DNA of 64,000 nucleotides from Gammaproteobacteria bacterium. Lineage in GTDB: Bacteria; Pseudomonadota; Gammaproteobacteria; PIVX01. The notes beneath the pieces were generated by a model that searched no databases, was not told the DNA's origin, and saw only the letters and a program-made list of their open reading frames with translations. The stretch is from contig PIVX01000002.1 of the NCBI GenBank assembly GCA_003353785.1, positions 26,902 through 90,901 of the forward strand, in the 5' to 3' direction. This document shows, in pieces, positions 38,638 through 47,232 of the stretch. Position numbers and translations under genes: made by a program. Position 1 is the stretch's first letter. Every line of letters starts with the position of its first letter.

Positions 38638-39702
38638 TTATCCCTTATCGTGTGAGGCTAATTTTTCCAGAGCTATTTTATTAGCAACTTTGTGAGTGTG
38701 CGTATTTTCTTTAGTAGAAGTAACAAAAATTTTCTCCAAAGTATTATAAATATTTTCTACCTGTTGTTCGATTATATTGGTTTCAATACCTAGATACTTA
38801 TTGGCAGCAAATATCAACCCTCCAGAGTTAATAACGTAATCAGGTGCATATAAAATACCTTTTTCCATTAAATGTTTACTATCTTTGTTTTCTTCAGCCA
38901 ATTGATTGTTAGCTGCTCCTGCTATAATAGAGACTTGAAGCTGTTGGATAGTTTTGCTATTAATAATTGCTCCTAAAGCATTGGGGCAAAATACATCAGA
39001 TTTTACCGCAAATATTTTTGTTGGTTCAACTATAGTTACATCAAGACTATCTTGACAGTATTTAAGATTCTTTTTATCTATGTCAGTAACAGTAAGTTTT
39101 ACGCCATCTTCTGCCAGCATTTTACATAAAGGCATTCCAACAGCGCCGAGTCCTTGAACACTAATATGTAGATCTGCTAAATTATCTGTTTTCAGTTTGT
39201 GTTTTACTGCAGCTTTAATTCCATTATAAACACCTAAAGCAGTATATTGTGCTGGTGAACTGCCCATTGCCGATGTACTCGATACATATTTTGTTTGCTC
39301 AGCAACTATGTCCATGTCGTTTAAATCTGTACCACTATCTACAGCGGTAATGTATTTCCCCTGTAGGCTTTCAATGAATTTTCCGTATTCAGTAAAATAC
39401 GCTTTTCGATCTTGGATAGGTTCATTTTTTATTAAAACAGCTTTGCCACCACTGAATGGAACTCCAGCTATGACCGCTTTGAAAGTCATTGCTCTTGCAA
39501 GAAGTAGAGCATCTTCCATAGCTTGAAAGGTAGAGACATACGGTACGCATCTACATCCTCCTAAGGTAGGTCCAAGCTTATAACTATTAATGGCTACAAT
39601 TGCTTTAAGTCCTGTTTTACGATCATGGCGTAAATAAATTTCACTATTTTCGTCTATTATATCAAAAAGGTCTTCTTTCAATGTTATGGAACTTAAGTTC
39701 AT
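38638..39702 (-). CDS. ldh: leucine (Leu/Val/Phe-type) dehydrogenase
   Basis: GGCRCVPY and the catalytic-Lys motif GVPFSGGKAVL, plus a Rossmann GLGAVG. It is the first gene of the bkd operon. Confidence 0.85.
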   Translation of the reverse strand: MNLSSITLKEDLFDIIDENSEIYLRHDRKTGLKAIVAINSYKLGPTLGGCRCVPYVSTFQAMEDALLLARAMTFKAVIAGVPFSGGKAVLIKNEPIQDRKAYFTEYGKFIESLQGKYITAVDSGTDLNDMDIVAEQTKYVSSTSAMGSSPAQYTALGVYNGIKAAVKHKLKTDNLADLHISVQGLGAVGMPLCKMLAEDGVKLTVTDIDKKNLKYCQDSLDVTIVEPTKIFAVKSDVFCPNALGAIINSKTIQQLQVSIIAGAANNQLAEENKDSKHLMEKGILYAPDYVINSGGLIFAANKYLGIETNIIEQQVENIYNTLEKIFVTSTKENTHTHKVANKIALEKLASHDKG

Positions 39703-39903
39703 AATATTTACTACATCAATAAAAGTTTAATTATTACATAAATTTGTAGATGATCCTTTCATTTAATACGCATTATATAGTATTTGTCTATTAATTCACC
39801 ATACAAAATCAAAAAAAATCTTTAAATAAAAAAATAATGCTTACAATGTGCCAATAGAACGCATTCTAAGCAATAAATGTAGTTTTTCCTACATACATGT
39901 GTA

Positions 39904-40671
39904 ATGATTCATTTTTATTGTAAAATAGTCTATTTAGCAATGTATAATAAGTGTTTACCAAAAATTATTGCTCATAGAGGGGCAAGTGGTGATGCTCCTG
40001 AAAATACTTTACTTGCCATTGAAACAGCTAAAAATATGGGTGCCCATGCTGTGGAAATAGATGTATGTTTAACCAAAGATAAGCAGCCTGTTATTACTCA
40101 CTATCATCACTTAAGTAAAATATTCAGTAAACAAGAATATGTTTATAATATTAATTATGCAGAACTTAAGAGTTATAATGCATCTATGAGTTTTTCTCAG
40201 GATTTTCCAGAAACTCATGTTCCACATTTAGTAGAAGTTATTGAGCTATGTCAAAATTTATCTTTAATGCTTGATATTGAACTTAAGCCTATTAATAACA
40301 ATGAAAAAATTCTGGCAAAAGTAGTTAATGACGCTGTATTAGAGTGTTGGCAAAAGAAAAATGCTGTTTGGATAACTTCTTTTTCTGTAGAAGTTTTATG
40401 TTGTATGTATACAATTAATCCGAAAATTTCTCTTGGTTTGATTGTGGATGAACCTAAACATGATTTAGCTAAAACATTTAAAGAAACTAATGCCAAGATG
40501 CTAGTGGTGAATGCAGATAAACTAACAAAGCAGCAACTGATGGAATTTAATAAAATCACTAATGAGGTATATGCTTATACTGTTAACACAAAGGATAGAG
40601 CAGATGAGTTATTTTCTGCTGGTATAAAAGGGGTGTTTACTGATTATTTAAGTGAGTTCTATGATAGCTAG
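39904..40671 (+). CDS. ugpQ: glycerophosphodiester phosphodiesterase
   Basis: IIAHRGASGDAPENT and VEIDV GDPD motifs. An alternative, more typical start is ATG 39940 (MYNKCLPKIIAHRG). Confidence 0.85.
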   Translation: MIHFYCKIVYLAMYNKCLPKIIAHRGASGDAPENTLLAIETAKNMGAHAVEIDVCLTKDKQPVITHYHHLSKIFSKQEYVYNINYAELKSYNASMSFSQDFPETHVPHLVEVIELCQNLSLMLDIELKPINNNEKILAKVVNDAVLECWQKKNAVWITSFSVEVLCCMYTINPKISLGLIVDEPKHDLAKTFKETNAKMLVVNADKLTKQQLMEFNKITNEVYAYTVNTKDRADELFSAGIKGVFTDYLSEFYDS

Positions 40672-41971
40672 ATTAAAAAATATTTTATATTTTGTTTTGT
40701 TATTCATACTATCAAGTACAGTATTTGCTAAAAAAATAGAGATCAGTTTTTGGCATTCTATGGCAGGGCAACTTGGTAGAACACTTAATGAAATAGTTAA
40801 AGAGTTTAATGATGAGAATGCTAATTATCATATAAAAACTGTTTATAAAGGAACATATCCAGAAACTTTAACTAGCACAGTTGCTGCGTTTAGGGCAGGT
40901 GCTAAGCCAGATATTGTACAAATATTTGATATAGCAACTGCAACTATGATTAATCCTCCTGGAGTAATTATGCCTGTACATGAAGTATTTACTAAAGTTG
41001 GGTTAAGTTTGCCACTTGAACAAATGATCCAGCCAGCTATTGATTATTATTCTGACAGAGATAATAAATTACTAGCTTTACCTTTTAATATATCAACGCC
41101 AGCTCTTTTTTATAATAAAGATTTATTTGCAAGAGGAGGATTAGATCCAGAAGAAAGTCCTAAAACTTGGGATGATGTGGGTAGAATCTCTAGAATTCTT
41201 ATTAAAAAAGGATTAGTTAGCAATGGTTTCAGTAGTGCTTGGATAGGGTGGTCGTTATTTGAATCTTTTTCTTTGATCCATAATTTACCTTTTGCAACTC
41301 AAAATAATGGATTTGACAGCATAGATGTAAAAATATCTTTTAATAATAAAGAAATACAAACATTTATTAAAAAGCTTTTTAATTGGCAAAAAGAAAATAT
41401 CTTTTTGTATGGAGGAAGGCTTGATGATGGTCAATCATTTTTTACTAGTGAGAAATGTGCTATGTTTATTCAATCTTCAGGATCTTATGCTGATATAGAG
41501 CCTTCGGTTAGTTTTAATCTAGGTATGACTAGAATTCCATATCTTGCTAATTATAAGGAAAGTGAACTAGGAAATTTAATTGGGGGTGCAGCCATTTGGG
41601 TAACAAATAATCTGTCAAATGAGAAGCTTTTGGGGATAGCAAAACTTTTTAGATTTATTATGTCTCCTAGAATACAATTAAAATGGCAGAATGCAACAGG
41701 ATATATATCAGTTATTAATAGTAAATATTTACCAAAACAAGAATCTATGACATCGACGGAGAAAATGTTGCTAGAGGTTCAGAAATTTGTTATTAGTCGT
41801 GAAAATAAATATAAGGGGATCAGACTTGGAAATTACATGCAGATCCGCGATCTAGTAGAGCGCCAGTTAGAGGCTGTTTGGGCTGGCTATACACCGGCTG
41901 ATGAAGCATTAGATTTAGCCGCAGAGGAAGCTAATAGAATGTTAATAAGGTTTAATCGTAATATTAAATAA
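40652..41971 (+). CDS. ugpB: sn-glycerol-3-phosphate ABC transporter substrate-binding protein
   Basis: 439 aa with a signal peptide and a family-1 SBP. It precedes ugpA/E/C-type genes, and its size matches UgpB. Confidence 0.8.
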   Translation: MSSMIARLKNILYFVLLFILSSTVFAKKIEISFWHSMAGQLGRTLNEIVKEFNDENANYHIKTVYKGTYPETLTSTVAAFRAGAKPDIVQIFDIATATMINPPGVIMPVHEVFTKVGLSLPLEQMIQPAIDYYSDRDNKLLALPFNISTPALFYNKDLFARGGLDPEESPKTWDDVGRISRILIKKGLVSNGFSSAWIGWSLFESFSLIHNLPFATQNNGFDSIDVKISFNNKEIQTFIKKLFNWQKENIFLYGGRLDDGQSFFTSEKCAMFIQSSGSYADIEPSVSFNLGMTRIPYLANYKESELGNLIGGAAIWVTNNLSNEKLLGIAKLFRFIMSPRIQLKWQNATGYISVINSKYLPKQESMTSTEKMLLEVQKFVISRENKYKGIRLGNYMQIRDLVERQLEAVWAGYTPADEALDLAAEEANRMLIRFNRNIK

Positions 41972-41979
41972 GATATGAC

Positions 41980-42864
41980 ATGAAATATTATACATATTCA
42001 AAAAATAAGATTGTTCCTTATTTGTTTATTGCTCCACAAATATTAGTAACTATTTTATTTTTTATTTGGCCATCAATGATGGCAGTTTGGCAATCTGTTC
42101 AGGAAGGAGATCCGTTTGGAATTTCTTCAGAGTGGGCTTATATTTATAATTTCAAAGATGTGTTCTTAAGCAAATCTTATTTGCACTCTCTTTGGATAAC
42201 TTTATTATACGGATTATTTGTATCTGTGTTTGCAACAGTATTTGGTTTGATTTTGGCTCTACTTGTTTGTCGAGTAAAAAGATTTGCTTATATATATAAA
42301 ATCTTATTGATATGGCCGTATGCTGTTGCTCCAGTAATTGCTGCTGTTCTGTTTAGATTCTTATTGAATCCTGCCATAGGGATATTAACAGAATTTTTTA
42401 GTTTATTTGGTTATGAATGGAATTATCATTTAAATCAGTGGGATGCTTTCTGGATTGTAGTGGTTAGTGCTGTTTGGCAGCAGATAAGTTATAATTTTCT
42501 GTTCTTTTTAGTAGGCTTGAGATCAATACCTAAATCATTACTTGAAGCTGCATCAATTGATGGTGCTTCAAATTTTCAAAGATTTTTTCACATTACTTTG
42601 CCTTTATTATCTCCTACGACATTTTTCTTAATTGTGATGAATTTAATATATTCATTTTTTGATACATTTGGCATAATACATATAATTACCCAGGGAGGAC
42701 CCTCTAATTCTACTAATATCTTAGTTTATAAAGTATTTAATGACGGGTTTGTGGGTTTAGATATAGGTGTATCAGCTGCTCAATCAGTGATTTTAATGTT
42801 AATAGTGACAAGTTGTGTGTTGCTACAATTTAAATATGTTGAAAAAAAGGTTCACTATTCATGA
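41980..42864 (+). CDS. ugpA: sn-glycerol-3-phosphate ABC transporter permease
   Basis: MalF-type permease with an EAA loop LLEAASIDGASNFQRFFHITLP. Confidence 0.85.
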   Translation: MKYYTYSKNKIVPYLFIAPQILVTILFFIWPSMMAVWQSVQEGDPFGISSEWAYIYNFKDVFLSKSYLHSLWITLLYGLFVSVFATVFGLILALLVCRVKRFAYIYKILLIWPYAVAPVIAAVLFRFLLNPAIGILTEFFSLFGYEWNYHLNQWDAFWIVVVSAVWQQISYNFLFFLVGLRSIPKSLLEAASIDGASNFQRFFHITLPLLSPTTFFLIVMNLIYSFFDTFGIIHIITQGGPSNSTNILVYKVFNDGFVGLDIGVSAAQSVILMLIVTSCVLLQFKYVEKKVHYS

Positions 42865-43697
42865 AGTATGATCTTTTTAAAAATTTTTTTATTCATGTAC
42901 TGCTGATATTATGTATATTGATAATAGTATTTCCCCTTTATATAGCAATAGTGGCGTCTACCCATACTGCTGAAGCCCTACTGAATGCTCCTTTACCGTT
43001 GTTACCAGGATCAGAAGGATTAAATAACTATACTATATTGTTGACTAAGGGAGCTGAGGTAACAGGAGGACAGCCTCTACTACCAATGCTATACAATAGC
43101 TTTAAACTAGCCATGATTGTATCATTAGGCAAAATTTTTGTATCTATTTTATCAGCCTTTGCATTTGTATATTTTAAATTCCCTTTAAGAAAATTCTTTT
43201 TTTGGTTAGTATTTGCGACACTGATGTTGCCTATAGAAGTTAGGATTTTACCAACTTTTCAGGTAGTATCTACTTTAGGGCTGATGAATAGTTTTAGTGC
43301 TTTATGTTTGCCATTAATTGCTTCAGCAACGGCAACTTTTTTATTTAGACAATTTTTCTTGACGATCCCTTATGCTCTTGCTGATGCCGCAAGAATGGAT
43401 GGAGCGACACCTTGGAGATTTTTTAAAGATATTATACTTCCTTTGTCTAGAATGAATATAGTTGCCTTATTTATAATAATGTTTATTTATGGATGGAATC
43501 AGTATTTGTGGCCAATAGTGGCATTAACAGACTCAGAAATGAGTACGATCCTAATTGGTATTAGCCAGCTTATGAGTGTTGCTGATCAAATACCTCAGTG
43601 GAATTTTGTGATGGGGAGTGCGATATTAGCTATGTTGATCCCCGTAGTAATAATTATTTCCTTAGAGAAATGGTTTGAGAAAGGTTTAGTTAGATAG
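42861..43697 (+). CDS. ugpE: sn-glycerol-3-phosphate ABC transporter permease
   Basis: MalG-type permease with an EAA loop LADAARMDGATPWRFFKDIILP. ATGA overlap with ugpA. Confidence 0.85.
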   Translation: MKYDLFKNFFIHVLLILCILIIVFPLYIAIVASTHTAEALLNAPLPLLPGSEGLNNYTILLTKGAEVTGGQPLLPMLYNSFKLAMIVSLGKIFVSILSAFAFVYFKFPLRKFFFWLVFATLMLPIEVRILPTFQVVSTLGLMNSFSALCLPLIASATATFLFRQFFLTIPYALADAARMDGATPWRFFKDIILPLSRMNIVALFIIMFIYGWNQYLWPIVALTDSEMSTILIGISQLMSVADQIPQWNFVMGSAILAMLIPVVIIISLEKWFEKGLVR

Positions 43698-43707
43698 GGT
43701 ATAAAAT

Positions 43708-44787
43708 ATGGCAACTTTAGAACTTAGAAATGTTACTAAAAAATTTAAATCAGATATAGTCTTAGATGATATTAATTTGGAGATCGCTAAAGGAGAACTT
43801 GGGGTTTTAGTAGGGCCGTCAGGATGTGGTAAGTCTACTTTACTTAGAATGATTGCGGGTCTAGAGCCTATTACTAGTGGGGATATAAAATTAAATAATA
43901 AGGTTATTAATAAAAAGGAACCTAAAGATCGTGATATTGCTATGGTATTTCAAAATTATGCGTTGTACCCACACATGACTGTATTTGAAAATATGGCTTA
44001 TGGTCTTAGGATCCAGAAATATAAAAAAGCGGAAATTTTAAAACGTGTAGATAAAGCTGCTGAGATATTGGAATTGTCATCTTATTTATATAAAACTCCA
44101 GGAGAGTTATCTGGAGGGCAAAGACAAAGGGTTGCAATGGGTAGAGCAATAGTACGACAGCCTGCAGTCTTTTTATTTGATGAGCCTTTATCTAATTTGG
44201 ATTCTCATCTTAAGGTTCAGATGCGCAGAGAGATTAAAAGATTACATAGAGAACTTGGCGTTACAATATTATATGTAACCCATGATCAGACTGAAGCAAT
44301 GACTTTAGCTGAAAAATTGATTGTGTTCAATAAAGGAAGAATCGAACAAATATCTTCTCCTATCGGTATTTATGAGAATCCTGCTAGCATCTTTGTTGGT
44401 AGCTTTATCGGTTATCCTAGTATGAATTTTTTAAAAGGAAAAATTAAAAATAATAAATTCGTTATATCAGATAATGAATTATTAGATGTGAATGCAGAGA
44501 CCTCTAATTCTGTTGAGGATGTTGTTATTGGTTTTAGACCTGAAAATATTTATCTAAATAATGATGATTATATAAATGAGAATTCTTTGAAATTAAAAGT
44601 TGATGAAATAGAGCTATTGGGATCAGACGTATTAATTTATACTAACGTTGAAGGTGTATTAGAAAATAATAAAATTATTTTAAGAATGCACAAACTTCTT
44701 GACTTAAAATACCAGGATATTATTTCTGTTAATATTCCTAAAAAGCATATTCATATTTTTGATACGAATACTGGGAAGTCAATTTAG
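43708..44787 (+). CDS. ugpC: sn-glycerol-3-phosphate import ATP-binding protein
   Basis: Walker A GPSGCGKST, LSGGQRQRVAMGRA, Walker B FLFDEPLSNLD, and a MalK-like C-terminal regulatory domain. Confidence 0.9.
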   Translation: MATLELRNVTKKFKSDIVLDDINLEIAKGELGVLVGPSGCGKSTLLRMIAGLEPITSGDIKLNNKVINKKEPKDRDIAMVFQNYALYPHMTVFENMAYGLRIQKYKKAEILKRVDKAAEILELSSYLYKTPGELSGGQRQRVAMGRAIVRQPAVFLFDEPLSNLDSHLKVQMRREIKRLHRELGVTILYVTHDQTEAMTLAEKLIVFNKGRIEQISSPIGIYENPASIFVGSFIGYPSMNFLKGKIKNNKFVISDNELLDVNAETSNSVEDVVIGFRPENIYLNNDDYINENSLKLKVDEIELLGSDVLIYTNVEGVLENNKIILRMHKLLDLKYQDIISVNIPKKHIHIFDTNTGKSI

Positions 44788-45007
44788 AATTGTAATTGTT
44801 TACATGCTGTATGCATTAGCCGAGAGCTGAAGAAAGCTAATGACTTTGTTCTTAGAATTTTCTGTATTTAGGTATGGAGAGTATCAGACAACTGCATTTT
44901 AGCTTTACTAACCATAATAAAATCAGGTATTACTTTATCTTTATATCCTTTATTTTAACTGTTATTTTAAGTTGGTATCGTTGGATATAAGAATACATGA
45001 ACGGGTT

Positions 45008-46246
45008 TTAAGATAAGAGTTTTTTTTCTTGAGCAGATTCGTGTCTTTCCCTTCTATCTATATCTATATATTTATCCATTGTAGCCGGATTAGAGTGACC
45101 TACATCATCTCTGATATGTTCTCTTGGTCTGTGTTTTACATCATTAGATATAGCAGTGTGCCTTAACCAATGTACAGTAGCATTTTCCAAATCCAAGGCA
45201 TCATCTAAGAGTTGTTGTTTTTTTAATTTTTCAATAGCGATGTTAAAAGAGTCTTGCACTATATTTCTGATTTGTCTTGTTCCTAAGCCGTTTCTACCTT
45301 TATTTTTGTGAATTAACGGAGTTTTTTCTCCTCTTGATGGTAGTGGAATAAGGCTTCTACTAATTCTATATTTTTTTAATATTTCTAAAAGTTGGGATGG
45401 CACGGCAACTTCTCTTAATTTATTGCCTTTACCTACAGTTGAAAACCACCATAGAGAATTGTGATCTGGATAAAAATCTCCCATGCAAGGGATTCTACCT
45501 GGAGTTTCCGCAAGCTCAGATATTCTAAGTCCAAGCAAATAAAAACAGGATAAAATAAAATATGTTCTTAGATAATTTGGATCTTGAGATGCAAGATCTT
45601 GGGTAGATTTTATTACGCTTTTCCATTGTAGATCAGAAAGCTTCCTAGTAACTTTCATATTTTGTTCGCGTTGTATATATTTACTTTTTTGTCGAATTAA
45701 GGCTACAGGGTTAGTTTGAATATATTGTTCTTGAACTAGATAGGTGAAAAAAGAACTCAGTGTAGCAAAGGTTGATTGGATAGACTTTCCGCTAAGAGTA
45801 AAATTATGTTTATATGGAATTTTACCTTCTTTATATTGATATTTAGGTATTTTAACGACAAAGGGTCTCCATTCTTTATTAAAAGATATGTCTCCTGATT
45901 TAGATTCTTTAAATCTTTTGACAATTTTTGTAGCAATCCATGAGTTTGGTGGATTCTGAACAAAGTCTAAAAATTCTATAATATCATTTCTAGTTACATT
46001 TTTAACTAATGTTTTTTTGATAGTCCAACTCCATTGGATTAATTTTTCTATTTCTCTTCTATAGGCTGTGTAAGTATCGTTAGAGCCGGCATATGCAGCA
46101 AGGTAATTTCTTATTATATTATATTCAATATCAATATTCTTTAAATTTAGAACGCATAAGTATTCTTGAATACAATTATATGGGATTTTATCTATTTTAT
46201 CTAATTTATCAAAAAATGGTTTTGGAGGAGATATTTTTTCTTTCAT
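45008..46246 (-). CDS. tyrosine recombinase / phage-type integrase with a long N-terminal extension
   Basis: Catalytic set LGLRISELAE (Arg), HWLRHTAIS (His-x-x-Arg) and GHSNPATMDKY (His...Tyr). 412 aa. Its ATG (46246-46244) overlaps the ppsR stop (46248-46246). Confidence 0.85.
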   Translation of the reverse strand: MKEKISPPKPFFDKLDKIDKIPYNCIQEYLCVLNLKNIDIEYNIIRNYLAAYAGSNDTYTAYRREIEKLIQWSWTIKKTLVKNVTRNDIIEFLDFVQNPPNSWIATKIVKRFKESKSGDISFNKEWRPFVVKIPKYQYKEGKIPYKHNFTLSGKSIQSTFATLSSFFTYLVQEQYIQTNPVALIRQKSKYIQREQNMKVTRKLSDLQWKSVIKSTQDLASQDPNYLRTYFILSCFYLLGLRISELAETPGRIPCMGDFYPDHNSLWWFSTVGKGNKLREVAVPSQLLEILKKYRISRSLIPLPSRGEKTPLIHKNKGRNGLGTRQIRNIVQDSFNIAIEKLKKQQLLDDALDLENATVHWLRHTAISNDVKHRPREHIRDDVGHSNPATMDKYIDIDRRERHESAQEKKLLS

Positions 46247-47064
46247 TAAATAAACTTTCTAGCTATATTAAGAGTTTCTAGTGCTTTTGTGGCCATTTCT
46301 TCAATAGATAAATTAGTAGCATTGATATACGGAATTTTATTAATCTTATAAAATTTTTCAATTTTATTGATTTCCCATATACATTGAGTTTCGGAGGCAT
46401 ATTTAGAAGTCCCTGTTCTTTCTTGTCTTACTAATTTTAACCTATTGGGCTCAATCAAAAAACCGAATATTTTATGATGGTATTCTTCTACAAATTCAGG
46501 AGTAGCAATTTTATTTAAATCTTTATCTATTAATGGATAATTTGCTGCTTTTAAGCCAAATTGTAGTGCTAGATATAAGCAAGTTGGTGTTTTTCCTGCA
46601 CGAGAAGGTCCAATTAATATTAGATCAACTTCGTTATAGTGATTTGTCCCCATGCCGTCATCGCATGTTAAAGATAAACTGATAGCATTAAGACGTTCCT
46701 TATAGTATTTCTGGTCGAAGACACCATGACTTCTACCTGTTACATGTGTATAGGGTTGCTTTAAAATATTTGATAGTGGGTGCAAAAATATACTGAAGAA
46801 TTCAAATAAATTACCTTTGCTTGAGCTTATTATTTTCCTAATTTCATCATCAATAATAGTTGCCATTATAAGAGGTGAAGAATTATTTTTTTTAAATGAA
46901 TTATTAATTTTTTTTACTGCAGCCATAGCTTTATCTGTTGTATCAACATAGGGAATGGTTATAGATTCAACATCTAAATTTTCAAATTGAGTTATTAGAC
47001 TGTGGCCAAGGGTTTCTGCTGTTATACCAGTACCATCGGATATATAGAATATTATTTGTTTCAT
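46246..47064 (-). CDS. ppsR: phosphoenolpyruvate synthase regulatory protein (PEP synthase kinase/pyrophosphorylase)
   Basis: MKQIIFYISDGTGITAET N-terminus and the P-loop LIGPSRAGKTPTCLYLA, both typical of the DUF299/PpsR family. Divergent from ppsA. Confidence 0.9.
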   Translation of the reverse strand: MKQIIFYISDGTGITAETLGHSLITQFENLDVESITIPYVDTTDKAMAAVKKINNSFKKNNSSPLIMATIIDDEIRKIISSSKGNLFEFFSIFLHPLSNILKQPYTHVTGRSHGVFDQKYYKERLNAISLSLTCDDGMGTNHYNEVDLILIGPSRAGKTPTCLYLALQFGLKAANYPLIDKDLNKIATPEFVEEYHHKIFGFLIEPNRLKLVRQERTGTSKYASETQCIWEINKIEKFYKINKIPYINATNLSIEEMATKALETLNIARKFI

Positions 47065-47232
47065 GAATAAATTATTTGCAAAGTTGTATGCTAACTAGCA
47101 TGAAAATTGTGCAAAAATACCTATTTTTTTTAAGTTAGATGTAGCGTATTATATACGAATTGTGTTTTTATGTTAAATAATTAGTAGCAGATTATACAAT
47201 TGCTATATATATTTTGGAGGTAGTTAAAAAAA

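Noticed and set aside
44788-45007. A possible tRNA/tmRNA att site or direct repeat downstream of the integrase.
   Set aside because: There is no T-loop-like GGTTCGAATCC-type sequence, no cloverleaf-capable G+C-rich segment, and no repeat shared with the 54783-54938 flank. The only structure present is the CATTAGC-N15-GCTAATG stem at 44826-44854, which is more likely a ugpC terminator.
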